A stretch of DNA of 64,000 nucleotides from the human T2T-CHM13v2.0 reference genome, Homo sapiens: assembly GCF_009914755.1 (NCBI RefSeq), contig NC_060926.1; one strand, given 5' to 3'. The notes beneath the pieces are model-generated. The model was not told the origin of the DNA. It did not search any database and saw only the letters and a program-made list of their open reading frames with translations. The position numbers and the translations under genes are program-made. Of the stretch, positions 52,895 to 64,000 are shown piece by piece (positions within the stretch are counted from its first letter, which is position 1; each line of letters begins with the position of its first letter).

Positions 52895-54344
52895 TGTGTC
52901 CGGAATTGGTGGGTTCTTGGTCTCACTGACTTCAAGAATGAAGCTGTGGACCCTCGCGGTGAGTGTTACAGTTTTTAAAGGTGGCGTATCCGGAGTTTGT
53001 TCCTTCTGATGTTCAGATGTGTTTGGAGTTGCTTCCTTCTCTTGGGTTCGTGGTCTCGCTGGCTCAGGAGTGAAGCTGCAGACCTTCGCAGTGAGTGTAA
53101 CAGCTCTTAACGCAGCGCGTCTGGAGTTGTTCATTCCTCCCGGTGGGTTTGTGGTCTCGCTGGCTTCAGGAGTGAAGCTGCAGACCTTTGCCGTGAGTGT
53201 TACAGCTCATAAAGGCAGCGTGGACCCAAAGAGTGAGCAGTAGCAAGATTTATTGCAAAGAGCAAAAGAACAAAGCTTCCACTGTGTGGAAGGGGGCCCC
53301 AGCGGGTTGCCACTGCTGGCACCCACAGCCTGCTTTTATTCTCTTATCTGGCCCCCACCCACAACCTGCTTTTTGGTCCATTTTACAGAGAGCTGATTGG
53401 TCCATTTTGACAGGGTGCTGATTGGTGCGTTTACAATCCCTGAGCTAGACACAAAAGTTCTCCATGTCCCCACTAGATTAGTTAGATACAGAGTGTCAAT
53501 TGGTGTATTCACAAACCCTGAGCTAGACACAGAGTGCTGATTGGTGCATTTACAAACCTTGAGCTAGATACAGAATGCCGATTGGTGCATTCACAAACCA
53601 TGAGCTAGACACAGGGTGCTGATTGGTGTGTCCGCAAACCTTGAGCTAGATACGGAGTGCTGATTGGTGTACTTACAATCCGTTAGCTAGACATAAAGAT
53701 TCTCCAAGTCCCCACCAGACTCAGGAGCCCAGCTGGCTTCACCCAGTGGATCCGGCACCGGGGCCGCAGGTGGAGCTGCCTGCGAGTCCCACGCCATGCG
53801 CCAGCACTCCTCAGCCCTTGGGCGGTCGACGGGACTGGGCACTGTGGCCCTGGAGCAGGGAGCGGTGCTGGTCGGGGAGACTCGGGCCGCACAGGAACCC
53901 ACGGCTTGGGGGAGGCTCAGGCATGGAGGGCTGCAGGTCCCAAGCCCTGCCCGCGGGGAGGCAGCTAAGGCAAGGGGAGAAATCCAGCACAACAGATGCT
54001 GGCCCAGGTGCTAAGCCCCTCACTGCCCAGGGCTTGCGGGCCGGCCGGCCGCTCGGACTGCGGGGTGCTCAGAGTGCGGGGCTGCCGATCCCACGCCCAC
54101 CGGGAACTCGCGCTGGCCCCAAGCGCCAAGCACGTGGCCCCGGTTCCCGCTGGCGCCTCTCCCTCCACACCTCCCCGCAAGCTGAGGGAGCCGGCTTCGG
54201 CCTTGGCCAGCCCAGAAAGGGGCTCCCACAGTGCAGTGGTGGGCTGAAGGGCTCCTCAAGAGTGGCCAGAGTGGGTGCCAAGGCAGAGGAGGCGCCCAGA
54301 GCGAGGGAGGGCTGCAAGGGCTGCCAGCACGCTGTCACCTCTCA
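52895..54344 (-). mobile_element. LTR12C (ERV9/HERV9) solo LTR, full length, 1450 bp
   Basis: Ends tgtgtccggaattggtgggttc and gccagcacgctgtcacctctca; internal tandem repeats; GC/CpG-rich U3; perfect TSD TTAA (52891-52894, 54345-54348). Confidence 0.97.
53300..53700 (-). promoter_or_regulatory. LTR12C promoter/enhancer: CCAAT (NF-Y) repeat array and AATAAA TATA-like box
   Basis: Seven ATTGG motifs at 53396, 53421, 53499, 53540, 53581, 53622, 53663; cagcctgcttttattc at ~53326-53341; activity not demonstrable from sequence. Confidence 0.65.
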
Positions 54345-54518
54345 TTAATAATAAATGTATTAATATATGCAAAGTACTTAAAGCAGTGCCTGTTACTGTA
54401 TGGTAAGTATTGTATAAGTACTGCTTATGATTAGGATGATGGTGATGATTTCACATCATCATTTATTTAAAAACCAAATTAAAATTAAGTCTTGGGAAAG
54501 TTATACATAATCCATATA

Positions 54519-55185
54519 CAATCACCCTTCTTTATAAATGGAAAACTGGTCTCAGAACACTTGCATATCCCAAAATTCATATATACTCAATGTCCGCAGG
54601 CCCCCTTAGAGAACCTGTATCTAAATGGTTGGTTCTCCATGTAGGCAGATTTTGCATCCCGCTAATACTGTATTTTCTATCAGTGTTTGGTGGCAGATGT
54701 GAAACCTGTGGATACAGGATGCATTGGTCTGTTTTCACACTGCTGTAAAGAACTTCCCTGAGACTGGGTAATTTATAAACAAAGGAGGTTTAATTGACTC
54801 ACAGTTCCCTATTGCTGGCGAGGCCTCAGAAAACTTACAATCATGGAGGAAGCAGAAGCAGGCACCTTCCTCACCTTCTTCACAAGGTGGCAGGCAAGAG
54901 AGTGAGAAGGAGAAACTTCCAAACACTTATAAAAACATCAGATATCATGAGAACTCACTATCATAAGAACAGCCTGAGGGAACAACTCCAGTGATCCAAT
55001 CACCGCCCTTGCTCAACACCTGGTGATTACAGGCCGCTCCCTTGACATGTAAGGATTACAATTCTAGATGAGATTTGGTTGGGGAAACAGAGCCAAAACA
55101 TATCACAGGGCAAACACTTTATTTTTAAAAATCCACATAAAAGTGGACCTTATAGTTCAAACCCATGTTGCCCAAGGGTCAACTG
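54519..55185. mobile_element. MER2 (MER2B-like, TcMar-Tigger) interrupted by THE1
   Basis: TA-flanked ends caatcaccctt...gttcaaacccatgttgcccaagggtcaactg; internal ttgcatcccgctaatactgtattttc. Confidence 0.82.
54720..55105 (-). mobile_element. MaLR solo LTR THE1 (THE1C/D-like)
   Basis: tctgttttcacactgctgtaaagaacttccctgagactgggtaatttata...cagagccaaaacatatca; TSD cagga / caggg. Confidence 0.94.
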
Positions 55186-55204
55186 TATATATATAGATTA
55201 AATT

Positions 55205-55226
55205 CACACACACACACACACACACA
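55205..55226. repeat. (CA)n microsatellite, ~11 units
   Basis: Direct read. Confidence 0.9.
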
Positions 55227-55679
55227 TTCTCAGTGTGTAACTGAGAATATGAAAGTTTTTATAAATGATAAAGCATACAACAAAATTCTATATTTATCTT
55301 AAAGCTCATGTAAACTAAAAATGCAAAACTTGCGTTTTTGATTCACATTCACACATACTTTACGTAAGGTAAGTCCTCTTTGGAGAAAAGGAGAAAAAAA
55401 TATGAGGTGGAGTGGAAACTTAGCAATATTTTTTTAACAGAAAAGTTTATCAGAAGTAAATTGTAGCATTTCTTTTATTCCAGTATAGGGTACTTAGATA
55501 CAGGTTATAATTGCCTATTTTCTTCTGTATGTTCAAAGTAATAAATATAAATTAAAAACTAAACGAAGCTTAAAATCCAAAGAAACAGTGCCATCTTTTG
55601 ACCTTGCAAGATACCCAATATGTTCTAGCTCTTACTACCTTTGAATAGACAATGTTCTCACTCAAATGGAAAGTTTCCT

Positions 55680-57300
55680 CCTTTCTGTCTTTCAGTCTTT
55701 CTCCACCAATCAATGTGCTCTTTAACTCAATGTGGTATGATCACTATTACAACATTACATAAAATGTCTGCAGGAAGTCACTAGTATGGTACCCACTGTT
55801 AAATTTAATGGGCATGATTGGCCTCTTAACAGCATTTAATCGAAGTTAATACTTTTCTGACATTAAACTTTTGGCCACCCTTATCATTGCCTACATGAAA
55901 CTAAGTTAATATTTCACAGATTCTTACCTGTGCTTTACCATTCTGCACTCCCTCTGTACACACCAATCTCATGTACTCCCAACTCTTTACAAAAATAACC
56001 AAATGCAGATATTTCTCAAATTTCACATCGAACCCAGACCTCTCTTTTCAAGCGTCTATATTCAGATGCTTTACTTACATATTCCTATATGTGTTATACG
56101 TTTTTCTCATACTTAGAAAGTCTAAAATTATTTTTTTTCTCTCATCACAAACATTTCACTCCCTTGGTATTCTCACGGGGTAAATTCTACTTGTTATACC
56201 TGATTAAAATGCTAGAGATCTTGACACATCATTTTCCTTCATCCTCCTACATGAAAATACACATCCAGGATATATTCTGCATTGAGCCATCTCTCCCTTC
56301 TTTTATGAGCACCATCTACTGCACAGATTAGTACGGTCTTTCCTTTAAATTTTGAGCAGCCCACCAACTGGGCTTGTGTTTCCTGCCTTGGGTCTCTCCG
56401 GATTCATTTGCTACATAGCAGCCAGGATGATCTTTCATGAAATGTAGCTGATTATGTTATACAGCTTTAAACTCTGCAATCACATCTTGTTGCATTTGCT
56501 ATCATAGCTAAATTCATGGTCCAAAAGATTTGCCTGGAGGAGATCCATTCTTTCTCTTGTGAACGCTGTCAGAATCAAAGTAGAGTCACCACTTTTTAAG
56601 AAACCCTGACAAATGTTGCCAAGGAAGGCTATGAAGAGAATGGTTTACATGCAGAAATGCCTGACAACAAGAATTATCAAAAAACACTTTACAAAAACTG
56701 AAACCTTGTACAAAGGCCATCTCAACCTGCACAAAAAGAAATACTTCAGCAAGAACATCTGCCCAACAACTACCTATCAAACCTTGAACTGGTGCCACCT
56801 ATGCTCTTGATCCTTGAAGCCAAGAATAATTATCTCAAAAAACTTTATAATCCTCATTTTTCCTTTAAAAACCTTTGTCTTCCTTTACCTTCCTGAATAT
56901 GCACATGGTTTACTATGGCACATGTATTCCCATTGCAATGTCCATTCCTGAATAAATATCATCTTATTTTAGGGAGTCTCTCTCAGTTTGTTGTTTAGGT
57001 AGACCCTCTTATTACTCATTTCCAACTAATTTTCCTTTTCCTCACTATGCTTTAACTCCCGATCCTCATTCAGTTCCTTGAACACACCATGTTCCTTCAA
57101 TCCTGTCACAGAGGTTTGCTCTTTTGGTTCCTCTCGGTGCAATGCTTGCCCCCATCTCTGGACCCAGTTAAATCTTAATCACATATCAAATTGCAACTCT
57201 ACTGACATAGTCCATGGTTGGATTAGCTGACCCCTATTATAAACTGTCATAGCACCCTGTTCTTTCCTTTACAACACATATAACTGTTTATAACCATGTT
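55680..57300 (+). mobile_element. L2 LINE fragments interrupted by LTR47
   Basis: cccagacctctcttttc, atagcagccaggatgatcttt, cagttccttgaacacaccatgttcc. Confidence 0.75.
56558..57005 (+). mobile_element. ERV solo LTR, LTR47A-like
   Basis: Starts tgtgaacgctgtcagaatcaaagtagagtcac...aaaccctgacaaat; contains aataaatatcat; TSD CTCT (56554-56557, 57006-57009). Confidence 0.8.
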
Positions 57301-57579
57301 TTACTTCCAGAATATTACAGCTTTTATTACTATTTTAGTGTCACAGGATGACACCGGTGTTATTAATGTTATAAAAACAGAACCATAAGCAGAATTTACA
57401 GTTCTTTCTGAATAAGACGGGGATACCATGAAACTCTGACCCTGTAGAGACCCTCTGGCTCTGTTTTAGGTAAGAGTTGTCAAATATAAATTGTTTAAAT
57501 ATATTTTTATCTGTATGTTCAGATTGCTTAAATTCTTAAATATTGTTCATCTAATTATTTGTAGCATTTATTAATATTC

Positions 57580-57790
57580 AGAGACATATTCTGGCCTCAA
57601 ATATTGGTTCTGCCATTACCCGTCTCTGTGACCTTGTCCAAAAATTATCTAACCTTTGGGATCTTTCCTTTACAGAGCATAAAAATAAAACATAGCTAAC
57701 TAGGTTGAAAAATTAAGTAAGGTTTTATATATATATAGTATATAGAATGCCCATTGGTCCTTAGTAAACACTTAACAACTGTGAGCAATC
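57580..57790 (+). mobile_element. MIR SINE
   Basis: ggttctgccattacccgtctctgtgaccttgtccaa...tagtaaacacttaacaa. Confidence 0.65.
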
Positions 57791-58469
57791 CATATCTGTT
57801 CCTACACAATATTTATAACTCTAAAGTGCATGGTTTGTGTATCTTTTGTTCACTTTTGTTCACGATTTACCTCCAGGTGATTACCAAAAAACTTGCCACG
57901 TGATAAAACATTTTTAAAACATGAATAGATAAATGAAGATAAATATGAATATTTGCTAATTTATTTTACACAAATAATTGCCAAGCCTGCAGTTAAATTT
58001 AGAGTAAAATTCTATATAAGATGGAGACATGTTAGAACTACCCCAGATCAATAGTTATAAGAGTAAGCATATTATATTACAAGAGTAAATATCTAGGGGA
58101 GATTTCATTTTCTGATATTTAGAAATGATCCACAACACTTAAAGAGGAACAAAATCTTTTGAAATACAAGCATTCAGAATTCTGTACGTTTAGGATTTAA
58201 AGTTATATTCCTAAAATATAAATAGGTATTACATGAAAAGTAAGTTCTGTAATAGAATCATTTTGGAGAATTCTATTTAAAGAAAATCAATATATATACA
58301 TTCTAATTACAGTAGAATTTCTTAAGCTTTTAGCATTTTGGGCATATTTTCTCTAAATAACATTGAACATTTTATTATACATTATCTTGTGGAAAGTATG
58401 TTCTGAAGAACATTTATGAAGGAACATTGATGAAAATGATCTTTGAAGAGAAAGGAGAAGGAGATAGTG

Positions 58470-58640
58470 GTTTGACATAGAGATTCACTTGGCTATATTA
58501 ACTTAGAAAAATAAGTCTCCTTTTCTTAATCTAATCTATAAATTAGAAGAAATAATCTCTTTTTATTAGGCTGCTATGAGAAGCAAGTTGAATCATAATT
58601 ACAGAAACACTTAGAAAATTAGGAGGACTACAAATATAGA
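58470..58640 (+). mobile_element. MIR fragment
   Basis: tcttaatctaatctataaattagaagaaataatctct...ggctgctatgagaag...aaacactt. Confidence 0.45.
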
Positions 58641-58834
58641 AATTATAATAGTAATCCCACATAAGATTGTAAGAGGCTTAAAGCCACATTAGTTGTTAAT
58701 TAGATACAGTTAATTTTAAACTACCTTTTTCTACTTATCATGTCAAATTTCAAAAACAAAAATGTGTGAAAGGTACTCAGGATGCCTGTAAGTAATAATT
58801 ATTTTCAATTTCAAGTTATTAAAATGTCATAGCT

Positions 58835-59134
58835 GGCTGGGTGGGGTGGCTCACACCTTTAATCCCAGCACTTTGGGAGGCCAAACGGGGCAGATCACTT
58901 GAAGCCAGGAGTCCAAGATCAGCTGGCCAAGATGGTGAAACCCTCTCTCTACTAAAACTACAAAAATTAGCCGAGCATGATGGTGCACGCCTGTAATCCC
59001 AGGTACTCAGGTGGCTGAAGCAGGAGAATTGCTTGAACTCAGGAGGCGGAGGCTGCAGTGAGCCAAGATTGTGCCACTGCACTCCAGCCTGGGCAACAGA
59101 GTGATATTCTGTCTCTAAATAAATAAATATTTAA
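58835..59134 (+). mobile_element. AluS (Sz/Sx-like)
   Basis: Full dimer; TSD aaaatgtcatagct / aaaaagtcatagct. Confidence 0.95.
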
Positions 59135-59441
59135 AAAAAGTCATAGCTACTCAATGTGTGCCAGAGATCATTTCTGTATATGATATTTCCCCAAACTGGT
59201 TTGAGGTTGGATTTCTAAAAGTGTGTTCTCATGGATGTTTGCATATACGAATGCCTTGACAATGCCAGCTCGCATTGAAGGTTGGTATAAACAATCATGC
59301 ACAGACACTCTGAAGGGCACTTATTCTTCTATAGCAAGAAAATCCAGGGCCATGGAAGGTTAATATATTACTCTAAAGATGGTTGTTCAAATACTGAGTA
59401 TTATATAAAAATTGGATTTTTGAATAGTTTTAGGAAATGTA

Positions 59442-59775
<334 letters not shown>

Positions 59776-60250
59776 TTATATAAAAATAATAAACTAATAA
59801 AAATATATATTATATATATTAGTATATATGGTACATAACATTTATTAATATAATTCCTTACCATACAAAATATCCTCATGCATTAATAAGAAAAAGATAA
59901 TAAGCACCAGAAGAGAAAGAACTAATAAAGAACTATTAAAGTTAAGGGAAAGAAAGACCAATCACATAACATTATAATTCCAGGTAGGAATATTACATGA
60001 TACAACCATTCTTGAGAACAATTTACCAATGTACATTTTAAAAAATCATGTTTAATCCAGAAATCTCCCTTTTCATAATGTTTCTTAGTGGTTTAATTGG
60101 ATTATTTTTGGCAAATTGAGAGCACACCCTCTTCCACTTCAGTCTTCTTGCATACTCTCCCACGGGAGATCTCAATTGGAGAGAGTCATTTGCCTATTTT
60201 GACACCACTATTTTACCTGCTGCTACATCTCACTAATTTTATATAAGTAA

Positions 60251-60687
60251 TGTATTAGTTAAAATAATTTGTTATTGTAACACACAGGCCAAAACTGTGT
60301 AATGGCTCAAATGGGATGGAAATTTATTTTTTGATCATACAGAGTAAAAATAAATGTCTCTGATTGATGTTTCTCAAAGCAATGGTGATATGATATTTGT
60401 ATCCAGGCTTCCTTCATTTGGAGTTCTGCCATCTACTACAAAGGGCTTCCATGAGTTCAGTGATCATTAGTATCAAGCAAAAGAAAAGGAGTTTAGAGGA
60501 AAACATATGGAAGATTTTATGGACAGACTAGAAATAAAGCACATACCTTCTGATCACTTTTTGTTGTCTAAATCTTGGTCATATAACCTTCTCCCCCATA
60601 ACTCTGTGGTAGGCTGGTAAATGTTGTTTAGCTCCCTGTGAGAAAGAAGAAACAGTCTTGATGAGTACCTTGCCTGTTTCAGCCAGA
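60251..60687 (-). mobile_element. Old MaLR LTR (MLT1K/L-like)
   Basis: Starts tgtattagtta; aatggctcaa...tttattttttgatcatac; atccaggcttccttcatt; aggctggtaaatgttgtttagct. Confidence 0.7.
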
Positions 60688-60918
60688 AGGTACAAGATAA
60701 ATTATGATTCCAGGACAATATTTTTAACAGCATGTATTAGTGTTTTTATCTGAGAGTTACAAATTTACGTTTTTGCTGTGTAGCACCCACTACAGATTAT
60801 AATTTATTTGAAAACCTAAAAATTCAAATTATTCATGCGTTAAGGTTTCCATTTCTTTGCTGTGCTTTATTCTGCTTCTGCTCTGTTACAGACATCCACT
60901 TCTTTAAAAGCAACTTTA

Positions 60919-61211
60919 GGCCAGGTGCAGTGGGTCACACCTATAATCCCAGCACTTTCAGGGACTGAGGGAGGAGGATCACTGGAGACCAGGAGTTTGA
61001 GACCAGCCTAAGCAATATAACAAGACCCCATCTCTATCAAAACAAAAAATGTTTAAAAATTAGCCAGGTTTGGTGGCCTGTGCCTGTAGTCCCAGCTCCT
61101 TGGGAGGCTGAAGCTGGAGAATCACTTCAGCCCAGCAGTTTGGGGCTGCAGTAAGCTATGACTGTGCCACAGCAGTCTGGCCTGGGCAAGAGAGCAAGAC
61201 CCTATCTTTAA
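60919..61211 (+). mobile_element. AluJ with almost no poly(A) tail
   Basis: Full dimer; perfect TSD AAAAGCAACTTTA at 60906-60918 and 61212-61224. Confidence 0.95.
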
Positions 61212-61849
61212 AAAAGCAACTTTATTTTACCTGTTTCCTTTTAATTTCTTTCACTTTCACCAAAAGTATTTTAACTTATTACTTTTTTATCTTTCAACTT
61301 TTTTCTGTTGTCCAGTCCTGTTATGTAAATGGTATAAAAAAGGTTTCATATTTTCCCGATAATATGTCTTATTCAAATAATTAACTCAATCATATAGGTA
61401 TTTAAATATGTATGATTTTATGAATGATCTGTTAACAAAGGCAAGTTATAAATGAAGCCAACAATTGAAGGGAACAATTGGTAAACTAATGTTTGTCTTA
61501 TCTCCAAATTCCTAAATATTATTTTTAAAAGTACTTTGTTAAAGTAGTATAAGCCCATAATTAAAAAAGATAAAATAAAGCCTAAAAATACTTACAATGA
61601 AAAACAACTTGCCAATGCCTCTATATCTACTTCAACCCCAATTCTCAAAATTAACCCCTTTAAATTGTTTGTTTCTTCTTGCAGTTATTTCTTTTTATTT
61701 TTTCTAAATAGGGTTTCTACTTTTATTTTATTCCAAATGCTCTAATAGATCGGCCATATGTGTGTCAAAAATGTTGCCAAAGGTACACCCACCAAACATA
61801 TAGCTATTTAATGTTCTTCACACTTCTCCCATTCATACATGGAGATCTT

Positions 61850-62490
61850 CTTACAGAACTCATTCCTCAAGGATCACAGTAAACTTGTCGGTGCCTTGAG
61901 CTGGTGACCTTTTGTGTACCTGGGAATTTCTTTTGCCTTTCTCTTGTTTATAAGGTATAAACCTACCCATTTGCTCTGCAAAAGCTGGACCCAGGAAGAG
62001 GTAAATGTGCCACAGTTGATGCATCGGTTTTTAATCAATCCTTCAGTTTTCAACAGGTAACTTACTTCAGACTTCTGGAGTGGCCTGTGCTTCTGCATCT
62101 GAAGTATCTCACATTCAAATTACTCACAGACTATACCGTGTTCTCTACCATGTAGAAAATGGGTATTGCTGGTTGACTCCCAATGATATATAGTATCTGG
62201 AGATTCTAACTGCACTGTACTCAGATTTTTGACGAGTCTTTCTTTCCAATCCCAGCCTTTTGCCATACTCAATTTCTTCCCGTAAAACTATAGAAGGCTC
62301 TCTGACACAATTGGCTTTTAGCTCATTGGCATTCCACACTGCAGTCACTCAGATAATAACTTAGCTTCCTAAATCAGTTTACCACTCTTCTACTTCCCTT
62401 TTAGTCTTCAAATTTTGTTGAAATATCAGATCCACTGTGGCCTTTCCTCCAGTTCTCTTTGTCCTTGGGAATATAAACTCTTTTATTATT
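61850..62490 (-). mobile_element. Possible HAL1/L1ME 5' region fragment
   Basis: cttcaaattttgttgaaatatc...cctccagttctctttgtcctt resembles an antisense HAL1 5' region; left boundary uncertain. Confidence 0.4.
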
Positions 62491-64000
62491 AAATTGAGAA
62501 GATGTAAATATATGAGGTCAACCTCCAATAATTAATTTCTAATTAAGTTTTTAGGGCTATAGCAGAGTATCATATATGCCTGAGCTGTTGATCTTCAGCC
62601 TTATTTACTCCTGAAATCTCTGTTTTAATGCTCTAGAGAGCTAAGCTAATCAGGAACAAATAGAAAATGATTTCTACTCTTACGCCTAGACTGAAGCTAG
62701 ACTTACGCCGTAGTCCATGCTTTCTTCCCCTGGAAAACATGTTCTCTTTCACTTAGTCTTGTTATGGGAGGACTGTATTCCAATAAAGTAAGCAAATGCA
62801 GCTCATTTTTATCAGTTCAGGAACCACAAAGAAGGGAGGAGAAAGATTCTAAAGAGAAGGATGAAGAAAACAGGTGATCAGAAGGAAAAATTTTCATACT
62901 TAGCTCAGTTTTAACCCTAAAATATGACAATACACTTTCCCCAATATTTGTCTATCTTTATATTAAATGTATAATGTTAAACACCCTGCTTGTATATAGA
63001 ATTGTAAATTTCACTTAAGCCTCATAGTATAAGGATATTTCTATTAAATCACAAATAGCAATGAAATTATTTAGCTCTTATAATAAATTAATTACAAAAA
63101 TGTATACTAACATCAAAAATGCTTAAGATTTTTTATTGGTGACAGACAGTAAACTGCTGAAGAGTATTTATAGAATGACCTCATTCCTAAAAAGTAAATG
63201 ATATATTCAATAGAAGACAGCGTACCAATAGAAAACTAACTATAAATTAATATGTTTAACTGTTTATAAATTATTCCTTTGAAGAATGGGAATACAGTAG
63301 ATTTTCTGAGTTTTATGCTTCTATGATGTTTTCATCTTCTTACAGTATATGCATATAACTAGTTTAATGATAAAAATGTCATATTAATATAATATATGTC
63401 ATTTGTCTAACCTAATGCCAGGGTTCAAAGAGATTATGAAGAAGAATAAGGTGCTGACCCCAGTGTCATGTAACTTGTATTATCAAGAAAAGATATGCGG
63501 TCACAAACTGCACAATTACAGAAAAAAGTATATGGATAATTGTCAAAATTAGTGGCTTTATTTTAGTTCAATGAGACAAAGTTCAGAGTAGCATAGAAGA
63601 GGAAAATGATTTACCTCAAGATTCATATTAACAGTGAAATTCTCTTTGGATAAGCCAACTAGAATTGTAGAGTATATTAGAGACAGAGGTTATTTGGGCT
63701 ACATGGACTCAAACACTTAGAGAGAAGTTGATATTAGCAAATTATTTTAAACCCTCTTATTCTTAATCTAAAAATATTCAGATTTATGAATGAGGTAGTG
63801 TAGGCATCATGCCCAATTGTGATTTACACAGAAAAAAAGACATGTAAGTAGAGGAGAACTAGCACTTGCCCAAGAAAATATGGAGGGCATCTGAGGACAT
63901 TTTTCCCACCCTCTTTCACTTGTCCCCACTACCACCATCCTGCTTGGGATAGAGTTTAGCCCCTGTAAGTATTTATTTTATTTAAGATACTGGTAAAGGA

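Larger units (their letters stand above)
52720..54432 (+). mobile_element. MIR split by the LTR12C insertion (52720-52894 and 54345-54432)
   Basis: gtgcctctatttcctcatttatacaatgg on the left; tatgcaaagtacttaaagcagtgcctg on the right. Confidence 0.7.

Noticed and set aside
53390-53700. ~41-bp periodic repeats resembling a CRISPR array
   Set aside because: Known internal tandem repeats of LTR12; no unique spacers, no cas genes, eukaryotic DNA.
53683-54348. Cluster of overlapping ORFs up to 200 aa
   Set aside because: All lie in the GC-rich U3 of LTR12C, where stop codons are rare; no recognisable protein.

Overview
AT-rich primate (very probably human or great-ape) intergenic or deep-intronic DNA. 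I find no credible protein-coding gene, rRNA, tRNA or CRISPR array; the supplied ORFs are short chance frames or come from repeats. Much of the window is transposon-derived: Alu J/S/Y, MIR, L1 (young L1PA to ancient L1M/HAL1), L2, MaLR LTRs (MLT1, MSTB, THE1), ERV1/ERVL LTRs (LTR12C, MER4, LTR47, MER73-like, MER77, LTR16, LTR33) and DNA transposons (MER1B, MER2, MER58, MER63, MER5). Many insertions are nested and several keep intact target-site duplications (TSDs). Family names come from recalled consensus sequences, so subfamily calls and ancient-element boundaries are approximate. The most notable structures are: (1) a cluster at 49.7-51.3 kb with a perfect hairpin, a 107-bp near-identical direct repeat 1.4 kb apart, a 17-bp copied segment and a palindromic microsatellite, suggesting a template-switch rearrangement; (2) a full-length LTR12C solo LTR with promoter potential; (3) a 5'-inverted L1PA; (4) a quasi-palindrome inside an old L1; (5) a probable LTR-internal-LTR ancient MaLR provirus. 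I cannot support a claim of a new biological system from this sequence.
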